Source of the DNA: Reclinomonas americana ATCC 50394
Lineage: Eukaryota
Reading direction: 5' to 3'
DNA length: 64,000 nucleotides
Assembly (NCBI GenBank): GCA_048213135.1
Contig: PS015014.1
Coordinates: 60,973-124,972, forward strand
Positions 1 through 11,466 of the stretch are shown one piece after another (the first letter of the stretch is position 1; the number at the start of each line of letters is the position of its first letter). The notes below the pieces were generated by a model. The model was given only the letters and a program-made list of their open reading frames with translations. It was not told the DNA's origin and searched no databases. A program made the translations under genes and the position numbers.

Positions 1-3000
1 TATGCGATGCTCAGGAGCGAGTCGCTGCGCGCCTCAAAGGCCAACAAGTCGCTGAAAAAGAAGGCGTTTGCGGATCTGCTCAACTTCTTGGAGGACATTG
101 GTGTCTCGCACCGGATGCAGTCGGTCCCACTCGATACCTCATCCATGTTTGCCGTTTTCAACATTGAGCCGCCAGTGGTCGGGCAAAGTGTCGTGACGGG
201 AGGAGTTATCGACGGCAAGCTGCTCTCCGCCGGTGAGACAGAGAGAGAGAAAGAGAGAGTTCACGGAGTCTCCCTCAGTTGGCGTGTTCAGTCTCTGATT
301 GTGTGTGTGTTACACATCTTGCAGGCGAGCGCTACTTTATGCGCTCGGTGTACGGACTGCAGTCGCTTCGTTTGGGAGTGCACACGCACAGTCGTGACTT
401 GTCGCATGCCGAAGCCCTGCGATGCCTGCACTTGGAGGAGAATGTTTTCGGACTGCTACTGCAGCAGCGCAAGGAGATGGCTGCGGTGTTGACCGATCTC
501 GATTGCTTGATGTCCGTGTGTCAGGCACTTGCGCCTCTCACCGCAGGTACGTTGTCGCGCTGTTGTTGCCTCGTTTGCTTGCACTTCGATTTCACACTAT
601 TCACCACCTGCAGAGTCGTCGCTGGTGCCGGCTCCGTCGGCATACGAGCGCGCACGCGATCTGCTCGATGCATGTCGTCTGCTGGAGCGTGGACTCGAGG
701 AGTGNNNNNNNNNNNNNNNNNNNNTGCATCGGTAGTTGAGACTGCGCAGTCGGCAACAGCGGTGCGTGAGCTGCTCACGTCGCTGCGAGTGGCCTGCACA
801 TCGGCCGACGAGGAACTGGTCACATCCTGCGCCTCCATGGGTCACTCCTGGGCGATTGTGTCGGAAGCTGGCCGATCAACGCTACTCGCCGTGTGCCATC
901 GCTTGACTGCTTGCACGTTGTCGTTTGCGGCGTCGCTGGAGGGCGCCGCTGTCGGCATTGAGTCGGCTGTGCGCGGCGCGCTGTCGCATCTCGTGCGCGG
1001 TGTCGAGCGATGTGCCGAACAACTCCGTTCGACTCTCGAGTCCGAGTGTGAACCTGGTCGCGCTGCGGAGCAGGCGTTTGTCGCGCAGTGTCAGTTGCTG
1101 GCCGAGGCACTTCTTGTTGGCATCCAGTCGGCCGAGAAGGTCGATCTGGCACTCCAACAACAGCAACAGGAGCAACAGAAGCAGCAGGCGATGCCTGCGG
1201 GCGATGTGGAGATGGCGGTCGACGCAGAAGTCAGTGCTGCGAGTGCTGCTGCTGGTGGCGACGATGAGAGCGATTCGGTGCAACAGGATGAGCGTAACAT
1301 CCTCAGCAACACTGTCAGCAGCACGCTGCAGTGGCTTTCCGCTTTGCGGTTGCCCCATGTTCTTACTTCTCTCCGTGGCGCATTGCATGCGCTGTCGGTG
1401 TGCGACAGCACCGATGCCGGTGGGCGGACTCGAATGACGCTGCTGGTGGGCCTACTTCCATTGCTGGACTCGTATCGCTCGGTCCTGCTGCTGGCCATGT
1501 CGCAGTTTGTGGCGTTGCATCGGGCGCTTGGCAAACTGTCGCTGGTTCTGTGTTCGCTATTCGGCACACTCTTTGTCGACGGCTACTGCGACGAACCGGA
1601 GACAGAAGACGGCGAAGGCGAGGGTGACGTCAAGGAGGCCTCGGGCATGGGCATTGGCGAGGGAGAGGGCGAGAAGGACGTGACGGATGAAGTTGAGGAG
1701 GAACTGATGTTTGGCAACGAGGGCCAGGAGAAGCCAGAGGAGAACGCCGGTCAGAAGCCGCTGGAGGAGCGTGGCGATGGCAAGGAGATGGCGCAGGACT
1801 TTGAGGGTGCGCTGTACGACAAGCCAAAGGACGAGGACAAGAAGGACCAGGATGATGGTGCGTGGGAGGTCGCGCATGTAGGCGCATGGATTGCTTGCTT
1901 GTGTGTATTGACTGACGAGTTTCCTTTGTGTTTGTGTGCTTCAGCTTCGTCGCAAGAGGACGATGAGGAGGAGCAGATGGACGAACAAATGGGCGACGTG
2001 GGCGAGACGGGCGAAGTGATTGATGAGAAGCAGTGGGCAAGCGACGATGAAGAGGACGACCGAGAAGATGAAGAAGGCGACGATCCGACGCAAAATNNNN
2101 NNNNNNNNNNNNNNNNNNNNNNNNNNNNNNNNNNNNNNNNNNNNNNNNNNNNNNNNNNNNNNNNNNNNNNNNNNNNNNNNNNNNNNNNNNNNNNNNNNNN
2201 NNNNNNNNNNNNNNNNNNNNNNNNNNNNNNNNNNNNNNNNNNNNNNNNNNNNNNNNNNNNNNNNNNNNNNNNNNNNNNNNNNNNNNNNNNNNNNNNNNNN
2301 NNNNNNNNNNNNNNNNNNNNNNNNNNNNNNNNNNNNNNNNNNNNNNNNNNNNNNNNNNNNNNNNNNNNNNNNNNNNNNNNNNNNNNNNNNNNNNNNNNNN
2401 NNNNNNNNNNNNNNNNNNNNNNNNNNNNNNNNNNNNNNNNNNNNNNNNNNNNNNNNNNNNNNNNNNNNNNNNNNNNNNNNNNNNNNNNNNNNNNNNNNNN
2501 NNNNNNNNNNNNNNNNNNNNNNNNNNNNNNNNNNNNNNNNNNNNNNNNNNNNNNNNNNNNNNNNNNNNNNNNNNNNNNNNNNNNNNNNNNNNNNNNNNNN
2601 NNNNNNNNNNNNNNNNNNNNNNNNNNNNNNNNNNNNNNNNNNNNNNNNNNNNNNNNNNNNNNNNNNNNNNNNNNNNNNNNNNNNNNNNNNNNNNNNNNNN
2701 NNNNNNNNNNNNNNNNNNNNNNNNNNNNNNNNNNNNNNNNNNNNNNNNNNNNNNNNNNNNNNNNNNNNNNNNNNNNNNNNNNNNNNNNNNNNNNNNNNGT
2801 TCCGGTGACTTCTGGTGGCGGCGGCGCGTCGTCGTCCACGGGAACCGCGGCGGCGGCTGCAGCCGCGGCAGCCTCGGTCGGCACGTCAATTCTCGACATC
2901 AAGAGCGTCTCCTTTGTCAACGGCCGCATGCGCATGGAGTCGTACATGGACACCTTCCCGTTCCCCTACTACATTGTGTTGCGCGACCTGGCCGCTCTGC

Positions 3001-3065
3001 CCGAAATCCTGGGCGACACCCTGTGTCAGTGGTTTGAGCTCATGCGCACCACGACGGTGGATTAA
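1..3065 (+). CDS. MDN1: Midasin (Rea1) AAA-ATPase, 3' part: linker, D/E-rich region, C-terminal MIDAS/VWA end; spliced, partial, spans a gap
   Basis: KKKAFADLL..IG segment; GMGIGEGEGEKDVTDEVEEE acidic-region motif; C-terminus YMDTFPFPYYIVLRDLAALPEILGDTLCQWFEL typical of midasin. The N gap at 2097-2798 hides much of the acidic/VWA region. Confidence 0.92.
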
Positions 3066-3153
3066 AAAAGACGAAGACTGAGTTGTCCCACACTATGATA
3101 CACTCTTTCGTTCTCGTTGTGGGAGCGCTTGTCGCGCAGTGCTTGTGTTCATC

Positions 3154-4155
3154 ATGCCGGTGAGCAGGGCGATACCCACCAAGCGCCACTCATGAGCACT
3201 GGCGGGTCTCACCCTTTGTTTGTCATCACACAGCTCTTTGCGCTCTACATCAAAGCCGATCTCGAGAATGTCGAGGAGTGCGTGCGCGTTTTTTAGTCTA
3301 TGCGGTGAGTGCCGCACTTATGCTCAAGTTCGCCTGCGTGCAGGTTGACTGCCGAGCCCAACATGACTTTCGGATTCACGATGGCATGCGGTGCTTGTGG
3401 TGCCGGTTGCGTCACACACACACACACATGCTCTGTCGCCTTGCGCATTGCGGCGATCTGACGAGTGCTTTTTTTTTTGCGGCACAGTGACGGAGAAGCC
3501 AGTGTATGTCACTGCTGGCGAGGAGGTGAAGCTGGAGGGTTCCCGCGGCACCGCCAATCTGGTTGTCAAGTGCAAGATGTGCGAGCGCTCAGGCAACGTG
3601 AACATCCAGAAGGACGCCTTTACACCGTACGCCGATACCAAGTTGCGTACACGTGGCAAGCACGCATGTAGAAGAGAACAAGGGAGGTGCACCGCTTATT
3701 TTTTTCCGCTCACCGCCCACACCGTACAGTGCATCCGAGTTTGGACGCATTGTGGCCATGGAGGTAACCGTGTGTGGGGGGTGAAGCTGCTCTGACTGGA
3801 AACTCACTCTTGTGAACACGCATGCGACCCCCCCACTTCTTGCAGTTCCGCGGCTACGGTTGAGTTGTCTTTCGCTTTCCCGCGCTTGCCTGCGGTCTCC
3901 GTTCTGACCATGATACACGTGCTGCAGCTCCCGAAGAGTTCCTGCCGGCCAACGGGTGGCATGGTATGCTTGCTCGACAGCGAGGGGTGCACTCGTGTCG
4001 TCGATCGCTCACCTCTGGCTGACACAGTGAAGACGCCATCTGGCAAGGAGTTCAGCGACGTGGATCTGTCGGAGAGGGACTGGTCCGAGTTCGACGACGA
4101 GCTCAGCGAGCCTGTTGGCATCTACGGCTTCGAGAGCAAGTGGGAACGGGAGTGA
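3154..4155 (+). CDS. CZIB: CXXC-motif zinc-binding protein (DUF866/C1orf123), multi-exon
   Basis: Spliced product MPLFALYIKADLENVE..FTMACGACG..GSRGTANLVVKCKMCERSG..FSDVDLSERDWSEFDDELSEPVGIYGFESKW; all introns GT-AG. Confidence 0.9.
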
Positions 4156-4331
4156 GGCGACAGAGGAGGAGCGGCACAGCGCGGACCTCGCAACACAACA
4201 CACATTACACATTGTTTTCATTTCTACTGCAAGCTGCTGCTATCTGGGGGGTGCTGGTGGTGTTTTCGGTTCCCTGCGCAGCAACTCATGAGTTTGCGAT
4301 GACGTGAAGTGGCAGTGTCTGCACGGCAGAC

Positions 4332-5920
4332 TCACCACGATGCTGGTGGCGGCAACGGCGCATTCTCGTTGTTGTTATTATTGGATGACTGTGGCGCGGG
4401 CGTCACTGTCGCAGTGGGGCCGAGAGGCACCACGTAAGCAGAGGCGTACTTTGCAGCCAGGCTCTCACTAAGGCCACTGTCAGTAGAGACCATGGACGAT
4501 GTCGATAGAGGCACGGCTGGCTCGGCCAATTCGGTCGCTCCCAACAGTCGATGCGTAGTGGAACTGCTGCGCATCTGGCGATACACACTCCCTCTGGAGG
4601 CAAATGAGGACCCGGCTGCATCCGTGTAGCCCCCATCACCGCTCTCGGCACGTGCACAGCAGGCCCAACAGCGGAACATGATCGGCAGGTAGGCGCTGAT
4701 GAAGAAGACATACAGAGCGGCGGCGGCTGGCGCCAGTCGAATGCAGATGCGAATGCAGATCTGCACACGTGACTCACGGGTGAGCGATTGTGATGGAACG
4801 CAGTATGCGTGTGGCACGCACCACTAGAAACACGCCCCAGCCAATGTTTTCCAGATCGGCGCAACGATTTCCATGATTGACGAATTCGATATGCGTGTAC
4901 ACGTCGTACACCAACTGCGGAAGAAGCACTTGAGCGGGGAGACGCAAGCAAGCAGTGCAGCGAGACTTGCCTTGACGAGGGCACAAAAAGCGTCGAAGAT
5001 GATGAGAAAGAGCAGCTGCCGTCGTTTGGACTGGCGTGACTTGCGCGCAACATCACTCGATCCACCCACATCGCGACCGCGAAGCTGGCTGCGCTTGCCC
5101 GCGTGAATAGCAGAGTACGGGGGGGTGCCACACTGCACGGACACGTACCACACAATGTAGATCGAGGCCAGCAAGAAGATGCCGGCAATGGCAAAGGCAC
5201 TGGCCGAGCTGAGCATCCACGACAAGTCTGCGGGGGAGAGAGAGAGACCCGTCAGCGGCAACAGCGACAAGAAGATCACAGCGCACAATGTCGCTCCCAC
5301 TCGCCAGCGCAAGTGATCGTCTTGTCAATGGCATTGATGCACGAATACAGCAACACCGCAGTCGAGTAGATGATGACAATCGTGATCGCCACCACAGTCA
5401 CTCTGCGCGTCCGAGTGAGCATCCTCGCAGCGCGAGGTGAAACAAAAAAAAAAAAACGACGAAACGGCCACAAGGTCTTGACGCCGGCCACTCGGATCGA
5501 CAGACGCACAAAGAAGAACGCGAGGCAGGTGTAGAGCAAAACTTGGACTGGCAGATGCGACAATCAGATTGATACAAGTAGACAAACCAAGCGCGAACGT
5601 GCGACTCTTGCACACACAACTGTAATCGACGACAAAGTAGACCATGGCTGTCCGCAAGAGCAGGTTCTTGGAGAACAGCAGGAGACTCTGCAACGCCACC
5701 AGCGTGAACAGAACAGGACGGAAGCCGCCAATCCGCTTCTTCCGCTCGAACAACAGCAACCACAGCGCAGTCAGCGCCAGTGCAAAGACACTGAAGGACA
5801 ACCAGCCGACCACATTGGCACTGTGAAGACGACGGAGAGTGAGAAGACAGGTGCACAGATCTAGACGCATCTCTGGTCTGAGAAGGCGAACCGAATGCAG
5901 TCGCTGGCCTCGCACTTCAT
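4332..5920 (-). CDS. Multi-pass (about 7 TM) membrane protein of unknown family with Ser-rich cytosolic tail
   Basis: Spliced ORF from MKCEASDCIRANVVGWLSFSVFALALTALWLLLF with about 7 hydrophobic segments, ending ..PLPPPASW*; includes a GC-AG intron at 5228-5304. Confidence 0.65.
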
Positions 5921-6089
5921 GCGCCCCCTCAGCAGCTCGCCACTGACAAAGCGAGAGGAAGAGAGTGGGAGAAGAGAGCGCCTTGCGTGTGCACGAAGAT
6001 TGAATACAGGAGGACGTGGAGGACACTTTCCGTGTGTGTGTGTGGTGGCGCGGTCGTCTCTCCGTCTGTGTGGTGGGGGGAGAGAGAGA

Positions 6090-8337
6090 ATGAGCGACTT
6101 GTTCCAGTACGTGTGGAGTCTGGCTCCGGCCCAACTCGACCGTCTGTTTCAGAGTCCAGCTGTCGTGCAAGCACTCTTTCGGTACATCACACACTCTCTC
6201 TCTCTCTTCTTCTGCGGAAGCATTCATTCATGCATCACTGTCGCGCAGCGCGTTCCATCCTCTCTCCAAGCTCTACATCTCACGACTGGCATTTGTCGAC
6301 TTTGCATCGTCATCATCATCATCATCATCATTGTTGTCGTCGCCATCTTCCATTCGCTTCTCCGAGATCGCCATGCTGGCCATGGACTCGGAGGAGGCCA
6401 TGGCTGGTGATGCGCGGATGGTTCTGTCCTCGTCGTCCTCCTCTTCATCGGGTGCTGCTGCAGCGGCGGCGGCGGCGGCAGCTGCGGCTGCATCGGCTGC
6501 TTCGGTCGACGAAGCTGTGTTGACGGCTGGCGAGGAGCTCATTCGGTGTCACGTGTTGCTGGTGGATGAGCAGGCGACTGCTGCTGCCTCGGCGGCGGCT
6601 GCGGCGGCGGTGGCGGCCGTCACTGGCGTGATGGAGGTGGATGGTGTGGATGAGGGTCCAAAGTTGCGCGCACGCGTGATTGCCTCTTTTTGTGTCCTCG
6701 TGGACACCCGCTCACTCGTTGTGTGTGCGTGTGCAGAACAAAACGCGCGCGCATGAGCGATCTGCGTCGATCAATGGTGCGGCTGCATCCTGCATTCCAA
6801 GAGAGCTACAGGTCGATCTTGTTGCATGGGCTGCCCGATCTGTACTCGGCCACCGACTTGGGTGTCGACCGGAATCAGCCGTCCATTGCCGACCTCGATG
6901 CATACGCGCAGAGCCAGTGGGAAGGTCAGTCAGTGTGGTGCGCTTCTCGCTGCTGCCCAGCCCGTCGCTGACCCCGTTTGGCAGACATGCTGCACTGGAT
7001 GGTGAATCCGCATGATCAGACGCAGATCGACGACAGCATTCGCACGCTATTGAACCATGCCAAGCTGCTGCGGTTTGTATCTCTGCGGATGTCGCGATGA
7101 CTGTGTGCGCTCACTGTTGTCGACAGAGGTCGAAATCTCACCAACCTCGGCTTCCAGTTCCTGCTCAAGGACACCCACTCGCAAGTGTGGGACCTGTTGC
7201 ATGAGTACATTGATTCGTCTGAGGTACCACATACACTCTTCCATTCTCCTTGCTTGCGGAGTGCACCCACATGTTTTCGTCGCCGCAGTCGCGTGGCATG
7301 GACCGCGAAGAGCTCTTGCAGTTCCTGTTTGAGTTGAGCCACATGCGACTGGGTCAGGTGTGTCCTCTATTTTTCATNNNNNNNNNNNNNNNNNNNNCTC
7401 CTCTCTGCCTTGTGCCGGATGGCTCACGAGCGAGATGCGCAGGATTACAACGTAAAGGGATTGGGCGACTTGAAGCACGTGGCACTCATTGATATGCGAC
7501 ATTTGGGCCTGGTCTACATGCGCAAGGTGAGTTGGCCAGCTTGATGTGTGCGTTCGTGTGTGCTCACGGTGACCTCGCAGGAGTCTGCGCGGCGATTCTA
7601 TCCGACGCGTTTTGCACTCAACCTCACCAGCCACGTTCCGCTGGAGCAGACCACGCGCGGCCTGATCATCGTGGAGCCGACGTTTAAGGTGTACGCGTAC
7701 ACCGACTCGCTGCTGCAGGTGGCGCTGCTGAAGCAGTTTGTGGAGGTGGAATACCAGCTGCCGAATCTGGTTGTGGGGTCGATTACACGCGCCATGGTGC
7801 TCGATGCTGTCAGCCGCGGCATCAGCGGCGAGCAGATGATCCGCTTCTTGCACCAGCACGCGCACCCGTGCGTGCAAAATCGCAAGTATGCTGTGCCACA
7901 CACTGTGGAGGACCAGGTGCGTCGAGAGTCGTGGCGCGAGGTCTCCACAACAGCTGGTCTCACTCGTTGGTGTGCGCAGATTCTGTTGTGGGAGCAAGAA
8001 AAGAAGCGCGTATCGCTGACAAATGGACTGCTGTACACCAAGTTCAGCAGCATGGAGCAGTTCGAAGCTGGTGTGTGGCCACTCACACACCNNNNNNNNN
8101 NNNNNNNNNNNTTTGGCGCCCGTACGTTGCTCACATGTGTGTGTGTGTGTTTGCGTGCATGCAGTCGAGGCGTTTGCACGCGAGCGCAACTACTGCATGT
8201 GGTCCAACTTTGACACCATGATGTTGGTGGTTTCCGAGGAAGGCCATCTCATTGTGAAGGACTTTACGAGTCGACTCAAGGATCAGCAGGACCGACGGGA
8301 GGCCAGCGGTTCTGCGTACGGAGCCTCGTGGACATGA
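6090..8337 (+). CDS. GTF2H4: TFIIH subunit p52/Tfb2, multi-exon
   Basis: LDRLFQSPAVVQALFR; LTNLGFQFLLKDTHSQVW; RFYPTRFA; IIVEPTFKVYAYTDSLLQVALLKQFVEVEYQLPNLVVGSITR; ISGEQMIRFLHQHAHP; VPHTVEDQILLWEQE. Confidence 0.93.
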
Positions 8338-8445
8338 CCACGATTTGGGAAGAGGGGGCAGGAAAAAATGTATTGCATTCACGTAAAAAGAGAGGGGAAA
8401 CGGAGAACTTTCACTGCGTGAAGCACCGCCACGGCGACAGGCTTA

Positions 8446-10834
8446 CTAGAGACCATTGCACGGAGAGGTGTTCTGTGTGGGGGAAGATAGGAGTGTGTGA
8501 GTGAGTGAGGGAGGTCGTCGACACAGAACAAACTCGTGGCGACGAACCTTGGTCTGGACAGTGCCGGTGACCGTGACTTGATTGGCCTACACAATGGAGA
8601 GGTCAATGTCGCGCATGTGTGTGTGTGCGTGGAGAGAGGAAGCGCGGCGACACCCAAGACAGAAATAAACGCCCACGCACCACAAATGCACATTTCGGGT
8701 CGCACCAGCCGGCACCGCCATCTGTGGCCTGTGATCCAGACACTGTCGAGTGCGACACGTTGATCGAGCCGTACTGGTCGCAGTAGAAGGTGCCACCGTG
8801 GCCACGCGAACTGCCGTTGGCGATTGCACGGTTGTTGGTGAAGGTGCAGCTGTCAAACGCCGCATTCACATTGTCGCCGATGTACACGGCACCGCCGTCG
8901 ATATTGCTGCCGCCGTTGGAGCTGAACCTGTGTGGATGGACAGGGAGAGAGAGAAGAGAGAGTTAATGCACAAGAGCACAGTGTTGTCGAGTGTTGCATC
9001 AACGAACGTGGACTTGGTGACGACGATGCGGCCCTGCGGGGACGACGCATTCGGGATACCGTACGCATAGAGGGCAGTCGCGGTGGTGTTGAAGAACTGC
9101 GAGGTGAAAATAAGCAGTCGGTGAGGAAGCGCCACGAGGACGAGACGGTGGCGAGAAGCGTACTTGAGCGTTGCTGAGGTTGATGTAGAACGCGCTGCAA
9201 CAGAGACCAGGGAAGCGTGAATATCGCGGTACGTTGTAAGAGTCACCAACCGAACACGCACTGATTCTGGGTGGTGACCGACACACCCGTGGAGACATTC
9301 TCGAAAGTGAGACTGTGGAGTTAACGAGATGAAGGCACGTGTGAGAACATTGCTGGGGGGGGGGGGGGGAGAGAGAGAGAGAGGAGGAGAGACGACGTAN
9401 NNNNNNNNNNNNNNNNNNNAAGTGAGACTGTGGAGTTAACGAGATGAAGGCACGTGTGAGAACATTGCTGGGGGGGGGGGGGGAGGGAGAGAGAGAGAAG
9501 ACGGGGAGTGAACAGACGTGTCAGCCTGGAACTCCGAGTATCCGCTGGCCACAGACAGGCCAATAGTGCCGCCGGTGACGCTGTGGAGGGAATAACAGAG
9601 TTGTCAACGGCTGGCACCTGTGAAAGAGTGCAGAGGCACGAGCGCTGCGCAACGTCACTCGCGACGCCAGAATCGACACCTTGGCCGGCGGGAAGTCGTC
9701 TGTGGACGGACATTCAAGCAACTCAGCACACACCAGAGAGAGGGAGGGAGGAAAGAGGGAGACGGGCAAGTAACGCGACTGTAAGGGAATGCAATTGCTT
9801 TGCCATTGTTGACAAAGTTGACGTCCGTCAGAGTCGAAGAGCCATTGCTCACGGCCAGACCGGTGTCGTTGTTCCAGAAGGCGCACTTGTTGAAATTCAC
9901 AGTGGCAGCAGCATACACGGCACCAAAACCGCTGTTGTACGCACTGTAGTGGTGCACCAGAGAAAATTAAACCCAGTGAGAACACGCACACGCGAAGCTT
10001 GACACACAGAGCTTGAGGCACGCAACAAGTCCGCAAAGCCAACGCCGGTAAACTGGCGAAAGAATGCAGCAGAGAGTGAACACAACAAAGCACCAGCATG
10101 AGCGACACGCACGCAGTGACCTCACCAACACATTCACAGACGGGTCAAACGTGAAGCCGACGATTCCTGTGCATAAGAAGGAAAGAGAGCGCGAGGCCAG
10201 TCAGCCACGATCATTGTTCCGAGTCGTCATCGCATCACAGTACCAGAACGGCCCTGTCGCGGCACTCAGTGAGGATGCAGTGTCAGAGTGGCAACATACT
10301 CTCATCAACAGCTACGCAACCTGGCCTGAAAAGTACGCCTGACTCGGCGAATCCACTGTGTGTGTCTTGCAGTCAAAAATAGTGGACATGCAACAGTCAA
10401 TGCGTGGTGAGACACACCAGATGAATCCGCGACAATGTTGACGGACTTGGTGATGCCTGTGTGCAGGCACATGTCACTCTCACGCGCTCAGCATTCGTGA
10501 CACGCGCGCGCACACACACACGCAACGAGGGAAGTTGATGGAGCCCGTGTACACGCCCGGCAACACGTACACGGTACCGCCAGGGTTCACTGACGCGATG
10601 CCCTTGCTGACAGTGAGGTACGGCGATGCATATGTACCACTGCCAGTGGTGTCACTGCCAAAGGGACCGATCCTGTGCGTGTGCGTGCGTGACGTGTTAC
10701 GTGTTGTCACATGGTGGGGGTCAGTGCTATCACTGCGCAGTCACGAACCAGACAGTGTTGGTCGACTGAGCATGGACGACAGTGCACAGAAGTACCAGTG
10801 CAACAGTGACGACGACGGTGAGGCGCGGTGACAT
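8446..10834 (-). CDS. Secreted right-handed beta-helix / pectin-lyase-fold protein (DUF1565-like N-terminus), copy 1
   Basis: Signal-peptide-like MSPRLTVVVTVALVLLCTVVHAQ; WIGPFGSDTTGSGTYASPYLTVSKGIASVNPGGTVYVLPGVYTG; CAFWNN, CTFTNNRA and GG(T/A)xY repeat-like motifs. Confidence 0.75.
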
Positions 10835-10913
10835 GGCGTTGACGTGAGATCGTCGGAGAAAAAGGAGTGCGTGGTGCAGGACGCTGCGATCTAATGTTTG
10901 TTCGGTGCATTCT

Positions 10914-11228
10914 TCACCCATTGTTCTGCGCCTGCCACATGGAGGCGTAGATGCCATTCGGGTGTCGTAGCAGTTCGCTGTGAGTGCCACGCTCCGCAAT
11001 CGCACCATCCTTCAGCACTAGAATCTGCGACCGATTGGTGAGTGGCAAACATGACAGAAGTGGACGCTCGCTAGTGGGCAAGGAGATGTAGTGGTGGTGG
11101 TGGTGGTGGTAGTAGTAGTGGTGATGGTGGCGGTGGTGGTGGTGGGTGGCACGCAACTTGATCAGCACCGGCAATGGTGGCCAGACGATGCGCAATGACA
11201 ATACTGGTGGTGCCGGAGCGTCCGCTCG
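10914..11228 (-). pseudogene. Orphan duplicate of the last exon and part of the penultimate exon of the ABCB transporter at 14305-17674
   Basis: [17 protein letters not shown] / [36 protein letters not shown] is nearly identical to 14305-14600, and no upstream ABC exons are present. Confidence 0.8.
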
Positions 11229-11466
11229 CTGTCCATGGTGCCTGCCAACCCTCAAGTCTCTCGTTCTCCGTGGGCGGCCACCAGAGTGTTGAAGCACTGA
11301 CGCGACAACAGTTCTCCTAGAACAACAACAACTGCGAGGATCGAAGGCCAGCCTCGTGACGATTGCGATGATAGAATGTACTGCATTAATATTCACGTAA
11401 AAGAGGGGAGACGGAAAACATGCACGCGTGGAGCACCACCACGACGACAAGGCGAGACGAGGTGGC

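Noticed and set aside
2097-2798. Long ORFs in the supplied track that run through N gaps (also 13646-14105, 38278-39112, 42085-42904)
   Set aside because: Artefacts of translating Ns.
9305-9505. Direct repeat of about 70 nt (aagtgagactgtggagttaacgag..poly-G) on both sides of the gap at 9400-9419
   Set aside because: Looks like an uncollapsed contig overlap at a poly-G tract, that is, an assembly artefact rather than an exon duplication.
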